This document shows, one piece after another, positions 42,477 through 53,175 of a DNA stretch of 64,000 bases. Location: contig JAFLUZ010000008.1 of NCBI GenBank assembly GCA_022508535.1, positions 10,467-74,466 on the forward strand, written 5' to 3'. Numbering within the stretch: position 1 is the first letter of the stretch; the number at the start of each line of letters is the position of its first letter. Origin of the DNA: Erysipelotrichales bacterium (GTDB taxonomy: Bacteria; Bacillota_I; Bacilli_A; RFN20; CAG-826). The position numbers and the translations under genes were made by a program. The notes beneath the pieces are model-generated. The model was given only the letters and a program-made list of their open reading frames with translations, made no database searches and was not told the origin of the DNA.

Positions 42477-43354
42477 TATTTTACTACCTCCATAGACATT
42501 AAGTCTTTAAAGAAAATGTCTTGTAATGAACGATCGCTAGGAACTAATAAATAATTAGCGTCTCTAATTTGGCAATAATTTCTAATACGCGATGTTACAT
42601 AATCTAAAGCTTCTTGATAAGCTTCTACGACACTTTTATTAATATTATTTTTATAATATTTTTGATTGTTTTCACTATCGTATAAGATAACTTTTCCACG
42701 GAATGAAGGATTTAACTCTTCCGGTGCTAAAACTTGAAGGCATAAAACATCTCTTCTTTTTCCTCTTAAATGATCAATAACGTTATCGTAATTACTATCT
42801 GTTAAGAAATCAGAGATGATAATTGAATTACCATCACCATATCCAACGACAGATGTAACAATTGCATCAGATAAATCACTAGAGCCTTTAAATGTAATAT
42901 CATTCAATTTTCCAATGGAATTTAAAAAAGAGTCTTTTCCTACGACATTTTCTAATAAACCATAAATTTTATTATCTTGAATGTAATATATTGATACTTT
43001 ATCCATGTATTTAATGGAAAGATAGGCAAGTGAGGCTGCTAATTCTAAAGCTTTTTCTCCTTTAGAAAAGAACCCCATCGATGCACTAGCATCAATATAA
43101 ATTCTTGTATGTAATTGTCTTTCGTCTAAGAATAATTTTAAGAACAAATTTTCAGTGCGTGCGAAAACACTCCAGTCAATTTTAGAAATGTCATCGCCAG
43201 GAATATATTCACGATAATCAGCAAATTCTACTGATGAACCATATGTTTTTGTCTTATGATTACCGCCAAAACGACCTTGCAATACATCATTTATAGATAA
43301 CTGAAGCAATTCGATTTGTTCTAGAAATTTTTCATCGACTACTAAATCTTTCAT
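42476..43354 (-). CDS. DUF58 family vWA-like protein
   Basis: GSSVEFADYREYIPGDDISKIDW, IDASASM, ISDF. Confidence 0.93.
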   Translation of the reverse strand: MKDLVVDEKFLEQIELLQLSINDVLQGRFGGNHKTKTYGSSVEFADYREYIPGDDISKIDWSVFARTENLFLKLFLDERQLHTRIYIDASASMGFFSKGEKALELAASLAYLSIKYMDKVSIYYIQDNKIYGLLENVVGKDSFLNSIGKLNDITFKGSSDLSDAIVTSVVGYGDGNSIIISDFLTDSNYDNVIDHLRGKRRDVLCLQVLAPEELNPSFRGKVILYDSENNQKYYKNNINKSVVEAYQEALDYVTSRIRNYCQIRDANYLLVPSDRSLQDIFFKDLMSMEVVK

Positions 43355-43365
43355 TTTTATAATCC

Positions 43366-44343
43366 TTATTTTTTGTTTTCTTTAATGAGTAAACTAATGA
43401 CATCATCGCATGATAAATGTTCATTAATTGCTGTATAGTTAATTTTAATTCTATGTCTTAAAATTGGATAAGCTAATGCATCAATATCCTCATAACTTAC
43501 ATTGTATCTTCCTTCGATTAACGCACGAATTTTAGCTGCTGTAATCAAGTTTTGACCAGCACGAGGTGAGGCACCATAACGAATATATTTTTTTGCAGTG
43601 TCAGATGCATCTCTTAATTCAGGATGTGAAGAAGAAACGAGTTTAATTGCATAAGCAACTATTTCATCAATAACAGGAACGTCTTTAGCTAATTTGCGCA
43701 TAGCTAAGATTGTATCACCATCGACAACAGTTTCAGCAACTTCATCCATAGTTACTTGGGTCATATTAACGATATCTACTAATTCTTTATCACTTGGGAA
43801 CTCCATGACTAATTTAAACATAAAACGGTCCATTTGAGCTTCTGGAAGTGGATATGTTCCATCTTGTTCAATTGGGTTCTCTGTTGCTAAGACAAAGAAT
43901 GGTTCATCAATACGATATGTTTGATTTGAAACTGTAACACTATGCTCTTGCATGACTTCGAGTAATGCAGATTGTGTTTTAGGTGTAGCACGGTTAATTT
44001 CATCGGCGAGAACTAAATTAGCAAAAAGAGGTCCTTTTTGGAATCTAGTATTTAATTTTCCGTTTTCATCTTTCTCAATAATGTTCATACCGATTAAATC
44101 AGAAGGCATTAAATCTGGTGTAAATTGAATACGAGAGAATGGTAAATTTAAAATTTTACTTAAAGATCTAACAAGCCTTGTTTTACCAACACCTGGAACA
44201 CCTTCTAATAAAACGTTTCCACCTGCAAGAATTGCAATGACGATATCATCAATAACTTGTTCTTGACCGACAACATCCTTATGTACTTCTTCTTTGATTC
44301 TCTTTACTAATTCATAAAATTCTTTGATATCTACTGTTTTCAT
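43366..44343 (-). CDS. moxR: MoxR-family AAA+ ATPase
   Basis: EGVPGVGKT, RIQFTPDLMPSD, LADEINRATPKTQSALLE, GTYPLPEAQMDRF. Confidence 0.96.
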   Translation of the reverse strand: MKTVDIKEFYELVKRIKEEVHKDVVGQEQVIDDIVIAILAGGNVLLEGVPGVGKTRLVRSLSKILNLPFSRIQFTPDLMPSDLIGMNIIEKDENGKLNTRFQKGPLFANLVLADEINRATPKTQSALLEVMQEHSVTVSNQTYRIDEPFFVLATENPIEQDGTYPLPEAQMDRFMFKLVMEFPSDKELVDIVNMTQVTMDEVAETVVDGDTILAMRKLAKDVPVIDEIVAYAIKLVSSSHPELRDASDTAKKYIRYGASPRAGQNLITAAKIRALIEGRYNVSYEDIDALAYPILRHRIKINYTAINEHLSCDDVISLLIKENKK

Positions 44344-44366
44344 TGTTTAACTCCTTTTCTTCTTTT

Positions 44367-45884
44367 TTAATGATATAGTGAGCCAAAGTAATCGCCTAAT
44401 ATGTCACCAATATCATCTGGCGTATCACCTTTTGATTCTTCATCGACAACTTTATCATAGTAATCATCTAATACATCACCATATTCACTATGGCCATTAT
44501 CAGAATAAATTGTATCGTTACTACCGTAGATAGTTTCTCCATCTCCTGGAACATCTGGATTATCAGGATTTTCTTCATCTCCATCATCTGGATTATCAGG
44601 ATCATCCTTTTTGTCATCTCCATCGTCTTCTTTTTGTTCTCCATCGCCATCTCCATCATCTTCACCTGGCTCTGTGTTTTCTAACTCTTCCAATAATTGT
44701 TCCAAGAACATTTTGACTAGGTCACCTAATTCTTGATTATTCTTTTGGAGAATGACATCTTGGATAATTTCATCTTTTGCTTTTTCAATTGCTTCGTGAA
44801 TTGCATCTTTTGCATTGTTTTCACTTAACGAACCTCTTTCTAAAGATTCTGCAATTTCATTTAAGCTATCTAATAAGTGTTTAAAGGCAACGTATAATTC
44901 ATCATCTTCATCAACACCAGAATTTATTAATGCATCTTCAATTTGGAATGCAACATCTTTTAAGTCATCTATTAAATCTTTGCCATTCAAATTAATAAAT
45001 TCACTTTCTAGATTATCTAATGCGGATTTGATGCCATCAATATCTCCATCTATAAGTGCATAGCCTAAGTCAACAAGATTTGAGTTTGTCTCTTGCGTTA
45101 AGCACACGCCGATTTCTTCTTTTGAGTTAGCATCATCAACGATCTTATCAATTTTGTTAATTGCATCTTTTATTGCGTTTTCCATTTCTTCTTTTGAAGA
45201 TGCATTTTGTAAAGCTTCTTCAAGTTGATGCAATACATCCTTGATGCCTTCTTTAACTTTATCCTCAGCGTCAGAACGATCGATAAGATCATATATATCT
45301 TCGATTTGATCGCCAATTCCATCACCCGAGCCACTTGTTAAATCACCACTACCAGGGATAACACTTGCCGGAACATCATCTGAACCAGGAAACGAACCAG
45401 GTCCTGGTTTATCTTTCGCTGGTGCAGCAGGTACCACACATGACGTTGCAACAAATAAAATCGCAATTATAGCAAACACATAATAAATGTACGATAACTT
45501 AAATGGTAAACTTTTTGGAGAGATTTCACTTAAGCTCTTTTCAGCATCTTCTTTTTGCATTTTTAAAATCGGATTATATCTGGTTTTATCTTTGTTGACA
45601 ACCATCGTTTGGACTTTTTCTTTTAATGCAAATGTTTTATCTAGTCTCTTAGCTATTTTTTCATCAGTAGGCATTAAGAGTTTATATAGCATAAATGTCA
45701 AACCGGCTGCCAAAACTATTGATAATAAAATGTAAATGAGAAAATGCACATGTAAAGGTATACGCTTAAATATGATAGCAAGCAAAGCAATTACAATAGC
45801 ACTTAATGAAACACCCATAATAATGCATTTTATTAAATGTTCCTTTAATACTTTACTTTTAAATTTATTGAACTCTTCATTCAT
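44367..45884 (-). CDS. MoxR-associated membrane protein with long acidic helical/low-complexity C-terminus
   Basis: 3 TM helices, AKRLDKTFALKEKVQT segment, G/D/P-rich linkers. Confidence 0.75.
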   Translation of the reverse strand: MNEEFNKFKSKVLKEHLIKCIIMGVSLSAIVIALLAIIFKRIPLHVHFLIYILLSIVLAAGLTFMLYKLLMPTDEKIAKRLDKTFALKEKVQTMVVNKDKTRYNPILKMQKEDAEKSLSEISPKSLPFKLSYIYYVFAIIAILFVATSCVVPAAPAKDKPGPGSFPGSDDVPASVIPGSGDLTSGSGDGIGDQIEDIYDLIDRSDAEDKVKEGIKDVLHQLEEALQNASSKEEMENAIKDAINKIDKIVDDANSKEEIGVCLTQETNSNLVDLGYALIDGDIDGIKSALDNLESEFINLNGKDLIDDLKDVAFQIEDALINSGVDEDDELYVAFKHLLDSLNEIAESLERGSLSENNAKDAIHEAIEKAKDEIIQDVILQKNNQELGDLVKMFLEQLLEELENTEPGEDDGDGDGEQKEDDGDDKKDDPDNPDDGDEENPDNPDVPGDGETIYGSNDTIYSDNGHSEYGDVLDDYYDKVVDEESKGDTPDDIGDILGDYFGSLYH

Positions 45885-46030
45885 TTTGAATCACTCTCAC
45901 TTCAAAACACTTTATTAATTATAATTAATAAAAAGATAATGCATTATACCATATATGTTATGAAATTGAAACATATTTTGACAAATTAAATTTTTGTTTA
46001 CAAAAAAAGGTAACATCTATAATAGAATTG

Positions 46031-46996
46031 TTACCTATTAAAATTCAAAATAAATAGTTCTAGCCCAAAAAATCTATCAATTCGCCCCGACTTTATGTCA
46101 TAATCCAGTTTATAAAGATTTTCCATATTATCTTTCAAAGATTTTAACGATACATATCGTTTATTATTTAAAGCTAATTTAACACGGTATGGATGAGCTT
46201 TTAGTTGTTTTGCAATATCATCTTGATACATTTTTTCTTCAGCTAAGGTAAATACATCAATATAGAAACGTAACTGTGTCGATATTAATGCAATCAATGC
46301 AACTGGCTCTTCATTTTTAATAATTAAGTCGCGGTACAATTTTATTGCTTCTTCTTTTTTGTTTGCCATAATAAAATTAACTAAATCAAAAATATTATCA
46401 TCTATAGGTCTAGCCACTAAAAGATCTAAAGCATCCATAGTAATTTTATCTCCATAAAGAGCTAACTTTTTAACTTCATTATTAATGCGCATTGCATCAT
46501 TATTTGTACGTTTTATAAATTCACTAATAACATCATTACTCGCAGTAATCTCGTATTTTTCAAACAATTTATAAACATACGCCATCCATTCTTTTTCATT
46601 TGGATTTACAGATTCTACTATTTTACCTACTTCTTTTATTTTTTTATATATAGCGTTACTTTCATTTAATGTTGAAGAATGCACAATAAAATACAAATCA
46701 CAATACTCATTAGATGAACTTAAATAACTTAATATTGATTTCTCTTGTTCTTTTGTTAATTGTTTTTTATTGGTTTTTTCGCCACTTAAAAAGTTTGCGT
46801 TATCTAGAACTACAGCTTTTTTTTCTGAGCCAAGAGGCATCATTGTGCACTCAAACATTACATCTTCAATCTCGACATTATCCGCATTAAATTTGACACA
46901 ATTAAAATCATCGACTGATCCTAGTCGCTCGTTTAATAATTTATTTAATCTATTTTTTATCATCAAATCTTGTGCACCAAATATTAAACAAATCAT
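46031..46996 (-). CDS. holA: DNA polymerase III delta subunit
   Basis: NEVKKLALY, IFDLVN, HPYRVKLA, DYDIKSG; follows comEC. Confidence 0.93.
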   Translation of the reverse strand: MICLIFGAQDLMIKNRLNKLLNERLGSVDDFNCVKFNADNVEIEDVMFECTMMPLGSEKKAVVLDNANFLSGEKTNKKQLTKEQEKSILSYLSSSNEYCDLYFIVHSSTLNESNAIYKKIKEVGKIVESVNPNEKEWMAYVYKLFEKYEITASNDVISEFIKRTNNDAMRINNEVKKLALYGDKITMDALDLLVARPIDDNIFDLVNFIMANKKEEAIKLYRDLIIKNEEPVALIALISTQLRFYIDVFTLAEEKMYQDDIAKQLKAHPYRVKLALNNKRYVSLKSLKDNMENLYKLDYDIKSGRIDRFFGLELFILNFNR

Positions 46997-47021
46997 AACT
47001 TACCTCGTTTATTATTATAAA

Positions 47022-48986
47022 CTAAAATGATATTTTTTTGTATATAATTGTTCCCTCAATATCTGTTCTTCTTACTTTTATTTGATATTTATTAAATCTT
47101 TCTATAACTTCTTCATTTGGAAAGTTGTATATGTTATTAAATCCTAATGAAATTATTGCTTCACATGGCATTATCTCTAAAAGCAAACTATCAGAACTCC
47201 CTGTTTTTGATCCATGATGAGAAACTTTAATAACATCTACTGGGCTTAGATCATAATCTCTAACGATTTGTTTTTCAATATCTGATGAGGCATCTCACAT
47301 AAATAAAAATGTTTTATCCATGAAATTAAACATATTAACCAATGAGTTATCGTTAATGTCCTTTCCATAATAATTATTTAAATTTTCTATTTTAATTCCG
47401 TAAAAATTATATGGAAAGAATTCTCTTTTGAATATTACATTTTTTACTTTAAAATTTTCTTTTAGCGATGACAAGGCACCAATATGATCATAATCAGAAT
47501 GAGAACAAATAATACTATCAATCTCTTTTAAATGATATTTTTTAAAAAATGGTATCAATGTTGTAATTGCCAAATCTTCATATGATAGTCCACCTGTATC
47601 GATTAAAAGGCTCTTATTTTTATGAATTAAAAGTGCACAATCACCTTGCCCAACATCAATAAAACACATATAGTCAAATATGTAATTGTGAAAATTCGAT
47701 GAAAGAATTGTTACGCAAACAAAGACATTGATAATTGCATATTGTATTAATTTTTGATGTTTAATATAGGCTCCATATAAAATTATTAAGGCTATTAAAA
47801 CAAAAATCAAACTGCTAATTGCGCCTGGATATAGATATATTTTTATATCAATGCGCGACATGAAATTAAAAGTATTAAACAATGTTTTTGATAATGAATT
47901 GATTAAATTAGGAAATAATCCTAGTGGAACAAATAACATCGCACACAAAAAAAACACAAAAATAATTGGAAGCAAAACTATGCGTTGCAAAGGTGATAAT
48001 AAAAATACCATATTATCTTTTATTATTGATATTGAATAAATTACTAATACTATTAAAAATGCTTTTAATATTTTTTTGATTTTTAAGCTTTTCACAAATT
48101 TTAATAACACACTTAAAATAAGTGGAATCATTAATCCTTCATTAAAAATATTAAAAGGAGAAAAAATCAAATAAATTGAAATAATAACCATAATACAATT
48201 GTTATAAGAAATATGGTGTTTTACACGTAAATATTTAAATACTATTAAATATATTATTAGCCTAAAAAAACAAGCCTTATCAAAGATAAATAACATGTAT
48301 GGAAAAAGTATTAGACACGTTATTAATTCAGACTTACGAATTTTTTTAGATATCAAGCTATTTATTCCAAAAAACAAGGTAGTTAACAAATAATTATTTA
48401 ATCCGAGAAAGTATGCAAGCGAAGTATTCGAATATTCTTTTAAATATTCGCCACGCGACATACCAAAAAGAAACGATTTTATCAATTCTTTGCTTAATGG
48501 ATCATATTTATTTGTCCAACCATTGACAATTTTTCTTCTAGAAAATAAAGAATTAAAAACAACATCTATATTATGAGCATCAATTTCATAATAAATCCCC
48601 TTGTTTTCAAGATATTTTTGAAAATCAAAATGTGACTCAATTGAATGCATTTTTATTCGTGTTAAATCACCATTAACTTTTATCAAATCACCAACTTCAT
48701 ATTGATTGTTCTTGAATGAAACGTAATATTTACGGAAAACATCTTTAACAATAAGATAATTTTCTTTTGTTTCAACTACAATCATTGTTCGATCTATCGT
48801 GTTTAGTGAAGAATTGCTCGAGATTATTATATATAAAAAACAATATGAAAACATAAAAACAAATAGTATTATATTGCTTTTGTTTTTTTTATTTTTTATT
48901 AAAAATACGAGTGAAATCGTGATTGAAATTAGCGGATAATTTAAAAATAAAGATCCTGCAATTAGTCCAATAACAATATTAGACAT
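47022..48986 (-). pseudogene. comEC: Competence channel ComEC interrupted by an in-frame TGA at 47295-47297
   Basis: FIDVGQGD, LIDTGG, SHSDYDHIG; FLFM*DA continues in frame through KVSHHGS..RTD..GTI to TAG at 47022. Confidence 0.85.
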
Positions 48987-48987
48987 T

Positions 48988-49524
48988 TTAATAAATAACT
49001 ACATAATCTTTTATTTTTTCAAATGTGGCATTTCCGATACCTGAAACATTTTTTAGTTCTTCAAGATACGTAAATTCTCCGTATTGCTCACGATAATTAA
49101 TAATCGCATCTGCAATAGACGCACCAATTCCATTCACTTGCATGAGTTCTTCCTTACTTGCAGTATTAATGTTTACTTTATCAATTGTTTCAATTTCACA
49201 TGTATCTGGTGTCTTTGTTTTCTTTGCAATATAATAATCCATACCATCAATTAGAAATATCGATGAATTAAATGCCAAATCATCTGCATTTGCAGTTAAC
49301 CCACCTGCATTAGATATTAAGTCTAAAAGAGTAGAATCACTATTTAAGACATAACTTCCAGGACGATTTACTTCACCACTTATCGTACATGTAACATAGT
49401 CCTTTGAAACTTGTGTAGTCGAACTACTTTGTCCTTGATTCGATGAAATATTTGGATCAATTTTTGTAAATATTAACATCAAAATCGCCGTTAAGATTGC
49501 ACCAATTATCACTACTTTTGTCAT
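48988..49524 (-). CDS. comEA: Competence DNA receptor ComEA
   Basis: SLBB domain (ISGEVNRPGSY), KVNINTASKEEL..GIG..A..II.YR HhH; GAGGTG RBS before ATG 49524. Confidence 0.93.
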   Translation of the reverse strand: MTKVVIIGAILTAILMLIFTKIDPNISSNQGQSSSTTQVSKDYVTCTISGEVNRPGSYVLNSDSTLLDLISNAGGLTANADDLAFNSSIFLIDGMDYYIAKKTKTPDTCEIETIDKVNINTASKEELMQVNGIGASIADAIINYREQYGEFTYLEELKNVSGIGNATFEKIKDYVVIY

Positions 49525-49544
49525 AATAATCACCTCATTAATAA

Positions 49545-49557
49545 TATAGGTGAGACA
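49545..49557 (-). promoter_or_regulatory. TGTCTCACCTATA motif upstream of comEA, also upstream of both toxin modules
   Basis: Identical 13-mer at 19868-19880 (+) and 59910-59922 (+). Confidence 0.55.
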
Positions 49558-49572
49558 CTTAACAAAAAGCGT

Positions 49573-49600
49573 AAAAAAAACTCCCAAATTTTTGGGAGTA
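49573..49600 (-). terminator. greA terminator
   Basis: ACTCCCAAA..TTTGGGAGT followed by a T-run on the minus strand. Confidence 0.8.
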
Positions 49601-49606
49601 TTTCTT

Positions 49607-50086
49607 TTATCTTACTAAAGCGATATTTAATATTTCTACTTCGTATGGTACTTGTGAGTTAACTAAAGTTTTTTCTCCGATATGTTTGCCAATCATTGCA
49701 ACACCAAGTGGACATTCGTTAGAAATATTATCAATTAATGGGTTTGCTTCAACTGAACCAACAATTGTTACTGTTTTTTTAGTTCCATCACTTAAATCTC
49801 TGAAAGTTACTTTTGTTCCTAAAGCAACAACTTCGGTATTTACTGGTTTATCATCAATTACAATAGCATTAGCCAAAATTTCTTCGATTTCTTTAATACG
49901 ATGTTCCACTTTAGCTTGTCTATCTTTTGCAGCATCATAGTCAGCGTTTTCAGATAAGTCACCTTGTGCACGTGCGGCTTTAATTTCTTCAATAACTTCT
50001 GGACGAACAACATCAATAAGATTTCTTAATTCACTTTCTAATGATTCTTTACCACGTTTTGTAAGTTCTATTTTTTTATCTGCCAT
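49607..50086 (-). CDS. greA: Transcription elongation factor GreA
   Basis: ARAQGDLSENADYDAAK; ISNECPLG. Confidence 0.97.
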   Translation of the reverse strand: MADKKIELTKRGKESLESELRNLIDVVRPEVIEEIKAARAQGDLSENADYDAAKDRQAKVEHRIKEIEEILANAIVIDDKPVNTEVVALGTKVTFRDLSDGTKKTVTIVGSVEANPLIDNISNECPLGVAMIGKHIGEKTLVNSQVPYEVEILNIALVR

Positions 50087-50236
50087 ATATATCACCTCAT
50101 GATTCTTTAATAGTATATCAACTTTCTTTCAATAATTCCACCATTATTTAATTAGATTATCTAATTAATATCAATATTTGCAAAATTATTTATTATGTGT
50201 AAAATTATATTGGAATTTATAAAGGAGATTTTTAAA

Positions 50237-50488
50237 ATGATTGAATTCAGATATGACACACAACTATTAATTGAAGGAAAAGGACTTGATGAAGATAAAA
50301 TTAATGACTACATCACAGAACATTTTGTAGGAGATTGCCTACTTGCCGTTGGTGATGATGAATTAATTAAAATCCATTACCACACTAACGAACCATGGAA
50401 AGTATTAGAGTATTGTGCATCTCTTGGTGAAATTTATGATATCGTCGTCGAAGATATGAATCGCCAAGCACGTGGTTTAAAGGGCTAA
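50237..50488 (+). CDS. Stand-alone FakA/DAK2-family middle-domain-like protein
   Basis: YDTQLLI..GDCLLAVGDDELIKIHYHTNEPWKVLEY..SLGEI..I.VEDM..Q; AAGGAG RBS; own terminator at ~50502-50525. Confidence 0.75.
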   Translation: MIEFRYDTQLLIEGKGLDEDKINDYITEHFVGDCLLAVGDDELIKIHYHTNEPWKVLEYCASLGEIYDIVVEDMNRQARGLKG

Positions 50489-50721
50489 TTAGTATATTAT
50501 GAAACTCGGATTAATCCGAGTTTTTATTTTTTTTAATTTCAATTATAAATTCAATTATTCAATTGATTTAATAATTTTAACCTTTAAAAGGCACACAACT
50601 ACCATGTCGTGTGCCTTTGATAATCTTATATACCAATGATATTAAAATATTTATTTCTTATTTTGCTAAAAAATACAACTTAATAAAATGCTGATTTTAT
50701 ATTTGATTCGAGAAATGACTA

Positions 50722-53058
50722 TTATTTATAATGGTTGGAACTTTCTCCACCTAACCAATTCATGTTATTCCGCGCATGATAATATGTAACTTTAGCATAA
50801 TCTACATCTTGGAGATCAATTGATGCTGTTTTATAATCGTTTGAAATAGACCATAAATTATCATCGCCATAGGTTGATTTATTATCATATTTCCATGACC
50901 ATTTAGATATCTCAATTATATCATAATCCCCAAATGGTATGATGATTGTTGTATAACTATTACCCTTTACAGATACAATTAGGTCTATACTCATTCCATT
51001 CTTAGTATCACCTTTAATTTGATAAAGGAAACTTTCGGTACTTTGCCCACCTTTTTCTTCAATTGTTAACATACTAAAAGATATATTTACAACAATTTTC
51101 AGATGTACAACAATTACATAACAGTTAGCACGCCTTTTTATTCCATCTCTATAATATGGGAGATTATCATGGAATACATTATCCTCACCACTATGAGTAT
51201 GCTCATTATTACTTTCTATGTTTAGAGACAGCTCTTTAATAATAGTGCCATCCTTTGTCCATTCATAAGTTCTTGTGTCACTATTATATTGAAGCATACT
51301 TGTATATTCAAACTCATCATTTGTATTTACTGTCATGCTAGCTGAAAAATCCCAATCATCTGAAACACTATCTCCATCTGCTAAATTTTTTACAGCGACT
51401 TTATAGCTATCTTGAATATCTTTACTGCTGAAGTTTATGGTAGTTTCTTCTACCAAATTAGGAAGTTTTACTTCTCTCTCAATTAATAATTGCTTTGGTT
51501 GAATTGTTAACGAAGCTTCAATTACATCTACATCATGATACGTATCTCTTCTTTTATTATGCAACCTAAAGTCAAAATGATAATAATATGTGCCAGCACG
51601 AACCTGTCTTATGTGTATTCTATCGCTATCATTTTCTACATCTGCTTGTACATCATCAAACCATATTTTATATTCAAATGAGGTATCGCCTTCTTTATAA
51701 TCAAGTACTTCTGTGGATAATCTAATATCTTTAAGCTCTTTGCCATTGAAAACATCTTTTGCGAAAGTTTCATTTCCATTCTCATCTTTACCACCATCAG
51801 TGATTGATAAATAAAACTCTGGCTCCATAATATCATAGAAATATTTCAAACGTTTGTCGTTATCAAGGCCACCACCATTTCCAAGACCATCAGAAAGTTC
51901 TATTTTTAAGCCATCCAAAATAAACAATCGATGTTCATAGCCATCATATTGATAAGAGCGATGTAATTTAAGTCCTTCCTCTAACCTTAAATAAACATAC
52001 ATAAGGTCAAAAGATCGAATGGACATCCAACTAAGTTCTGTTACATCACCTTGGTTTAAAAATAATAAGCCAGAGCTTAAATCATCAGGATTAACTTTTT
52101 TATCGATCCAACCAACAGGAACGAATGAATCGTCATCTTCACATTTAGTATCTGGTGTATCAACTACTACTTTACTATTAGTATTATTTGCATATCCACC
52201 ATCTGCAACAATGTACTTTGACGACATTCCATCAGCTGTAGTGTCATAATATCGCATTAGCGTCCCAGCAGAATTTCTTGCACCTTTTCTAATGCCATTT
52301 TCTTCTCCAACAAAATAAATGTCTTGGGGTGCTAAAACATATCCTAAAGTATATCCAAGTAAGGCGGGGTAAGCATATACAGCATACAAATGAACCACAT
52401 ATTTACTATAGTCATCATTCCACTCTGCCTTAGTAAGGTCTAATACATCCTTAAGTACATCAATAGTCACAGCATTCGTAGATGGAAAGCCTGCACTTCC
52501 TGCACGAGCATATTGACTATTGTAAATATCCACAAACTCATGGGCATTTCCATTACTTTTTCCAATATCGCTACTATTACAACGAATTATAGCATCAACA
52601 GCTTCTTCATTTTGACCCCAACCAATAAGTTGCACGCCATCTACCCCACTAACAGTCAACTTTACACCATCTTTAGATGCTGTTGGAGCACTTAAATTAC
52701 TTGAAACTTGAGTGCTGTTGCTATTGCGCATATTAAAAGTACCGCTACCGCTATAACCCTGTACATCAATAACTGTCGAATCATTATCAAAAAGACTCGA
52801 ATACGTACTATTATATGAGCTACCTGATTGTATACCGTTTCCAGCATGGTAAACAAATAAATATTCAGACAGTTTTTCCGATGGAATTCTTTTTGTTATT
52901 GTGTTATCGCGTGTTTCATTGCCATCAGAAGTCATTTTATCATCCGCTATGTTTTTTATTTCATCATTATTATTAAACATTGATTGTGATGAACAAGACA
53001 CCAACATAAATGCTAATGACATCAATGTAAATAGAACACTTAAAGCACTTCGTTTCAT
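50722..53058 (-). CDS. Large lipoprotein with C-terminal pilin/SpaA-like beta domain
   Basis: Lipobox LVSC; C-terminal FLYQIKG...GDYDIIEISKWSWKY. Confidence 0.7.
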   Translation of the reverse strand: MKRSALSVLFTLMSLAFMLVSCSSQSMFNNNDEIKNIADDKMTSDGNETRDNTITKRIPSEKLSEYLFVYHAGNGIQSGSSYNSTYSSLFDNDSTVIDVQGYSGSGTFNMRNSNSTQVSSNLSAPTASKDGVKLTVSGVDGVQLIGWGQNEEAVDAIIRCNSSDIGKSNGNAHEFVDIYNSQYARAGSAGFPSTNAVTIDVLKDVLDLTKAEWNDDYSKYVVHLYAVYAYPALLGYTLGYVLAPQDIYFVGEENGIRKGARNSAGTLMRYYDTTADGMSSKYIVADGGYANNTNSKVVVDTPDTKCEDDDSFVPVGWIDKKVNPDDLSSGLLFLNQGDVTELSWMSIRSFDLMYVYLRLEEGLKLHRSYQYDGYEHRLFILDGLKIELSDGLGNGGGLDNDKRLKYFYDIMEPEFYLSITDGGKDENGNETFAKDVFNGKELKDIRLSTEVLDYKEGDTSFEYKIWFDDVQADVENDSDRIHIRQVRAGTYYYHFDFRLHNKRRDTYHDVDVIEASLTIQPKQLLIEREVKLPNLVEETTINFSSKDIQDSYKVAVKNLADGDSVSDDWDFSASMTVNTNDEFEYTSMLQYNSDTRTYEWTKDGTIIKELSLNIESNNEHTHSGEDNVFHDNLPYYRDGIKRRANCYVIVVHLKIVVNISFSMLTIEEKGGQSTESFLYQIKGDTKNGMSIDLIVSVKGNSYTTIIIPFGDYDIIEISKWSWKYDNKSTYGDDNLWSISNDYKTASIDLQDVDYAKVTYYHARNNMNWLGGESSNHYK

Positions 53059-53175
53059 TGTATAATCTCCTTATCTGTAACTTAAATTACAATATATATT
53101 ACGCTAAGTTAACTAATACGTATTTTTTTATATTTCAATGGAAAATAAACACTTTTATAAGTATTTAACATTCCA

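Noticed and set aside
47295-47297. TGA=Gly (code 25) or TGA=Trp (code 4) recoding
   Set aside because: Only one in-frame TGA was found in a conserved gene. Other conserved genes are uninterrupted, Trp uses TGG, and TGA ends genes at plausible C-termini (7652, 53176, 53762, 54756).
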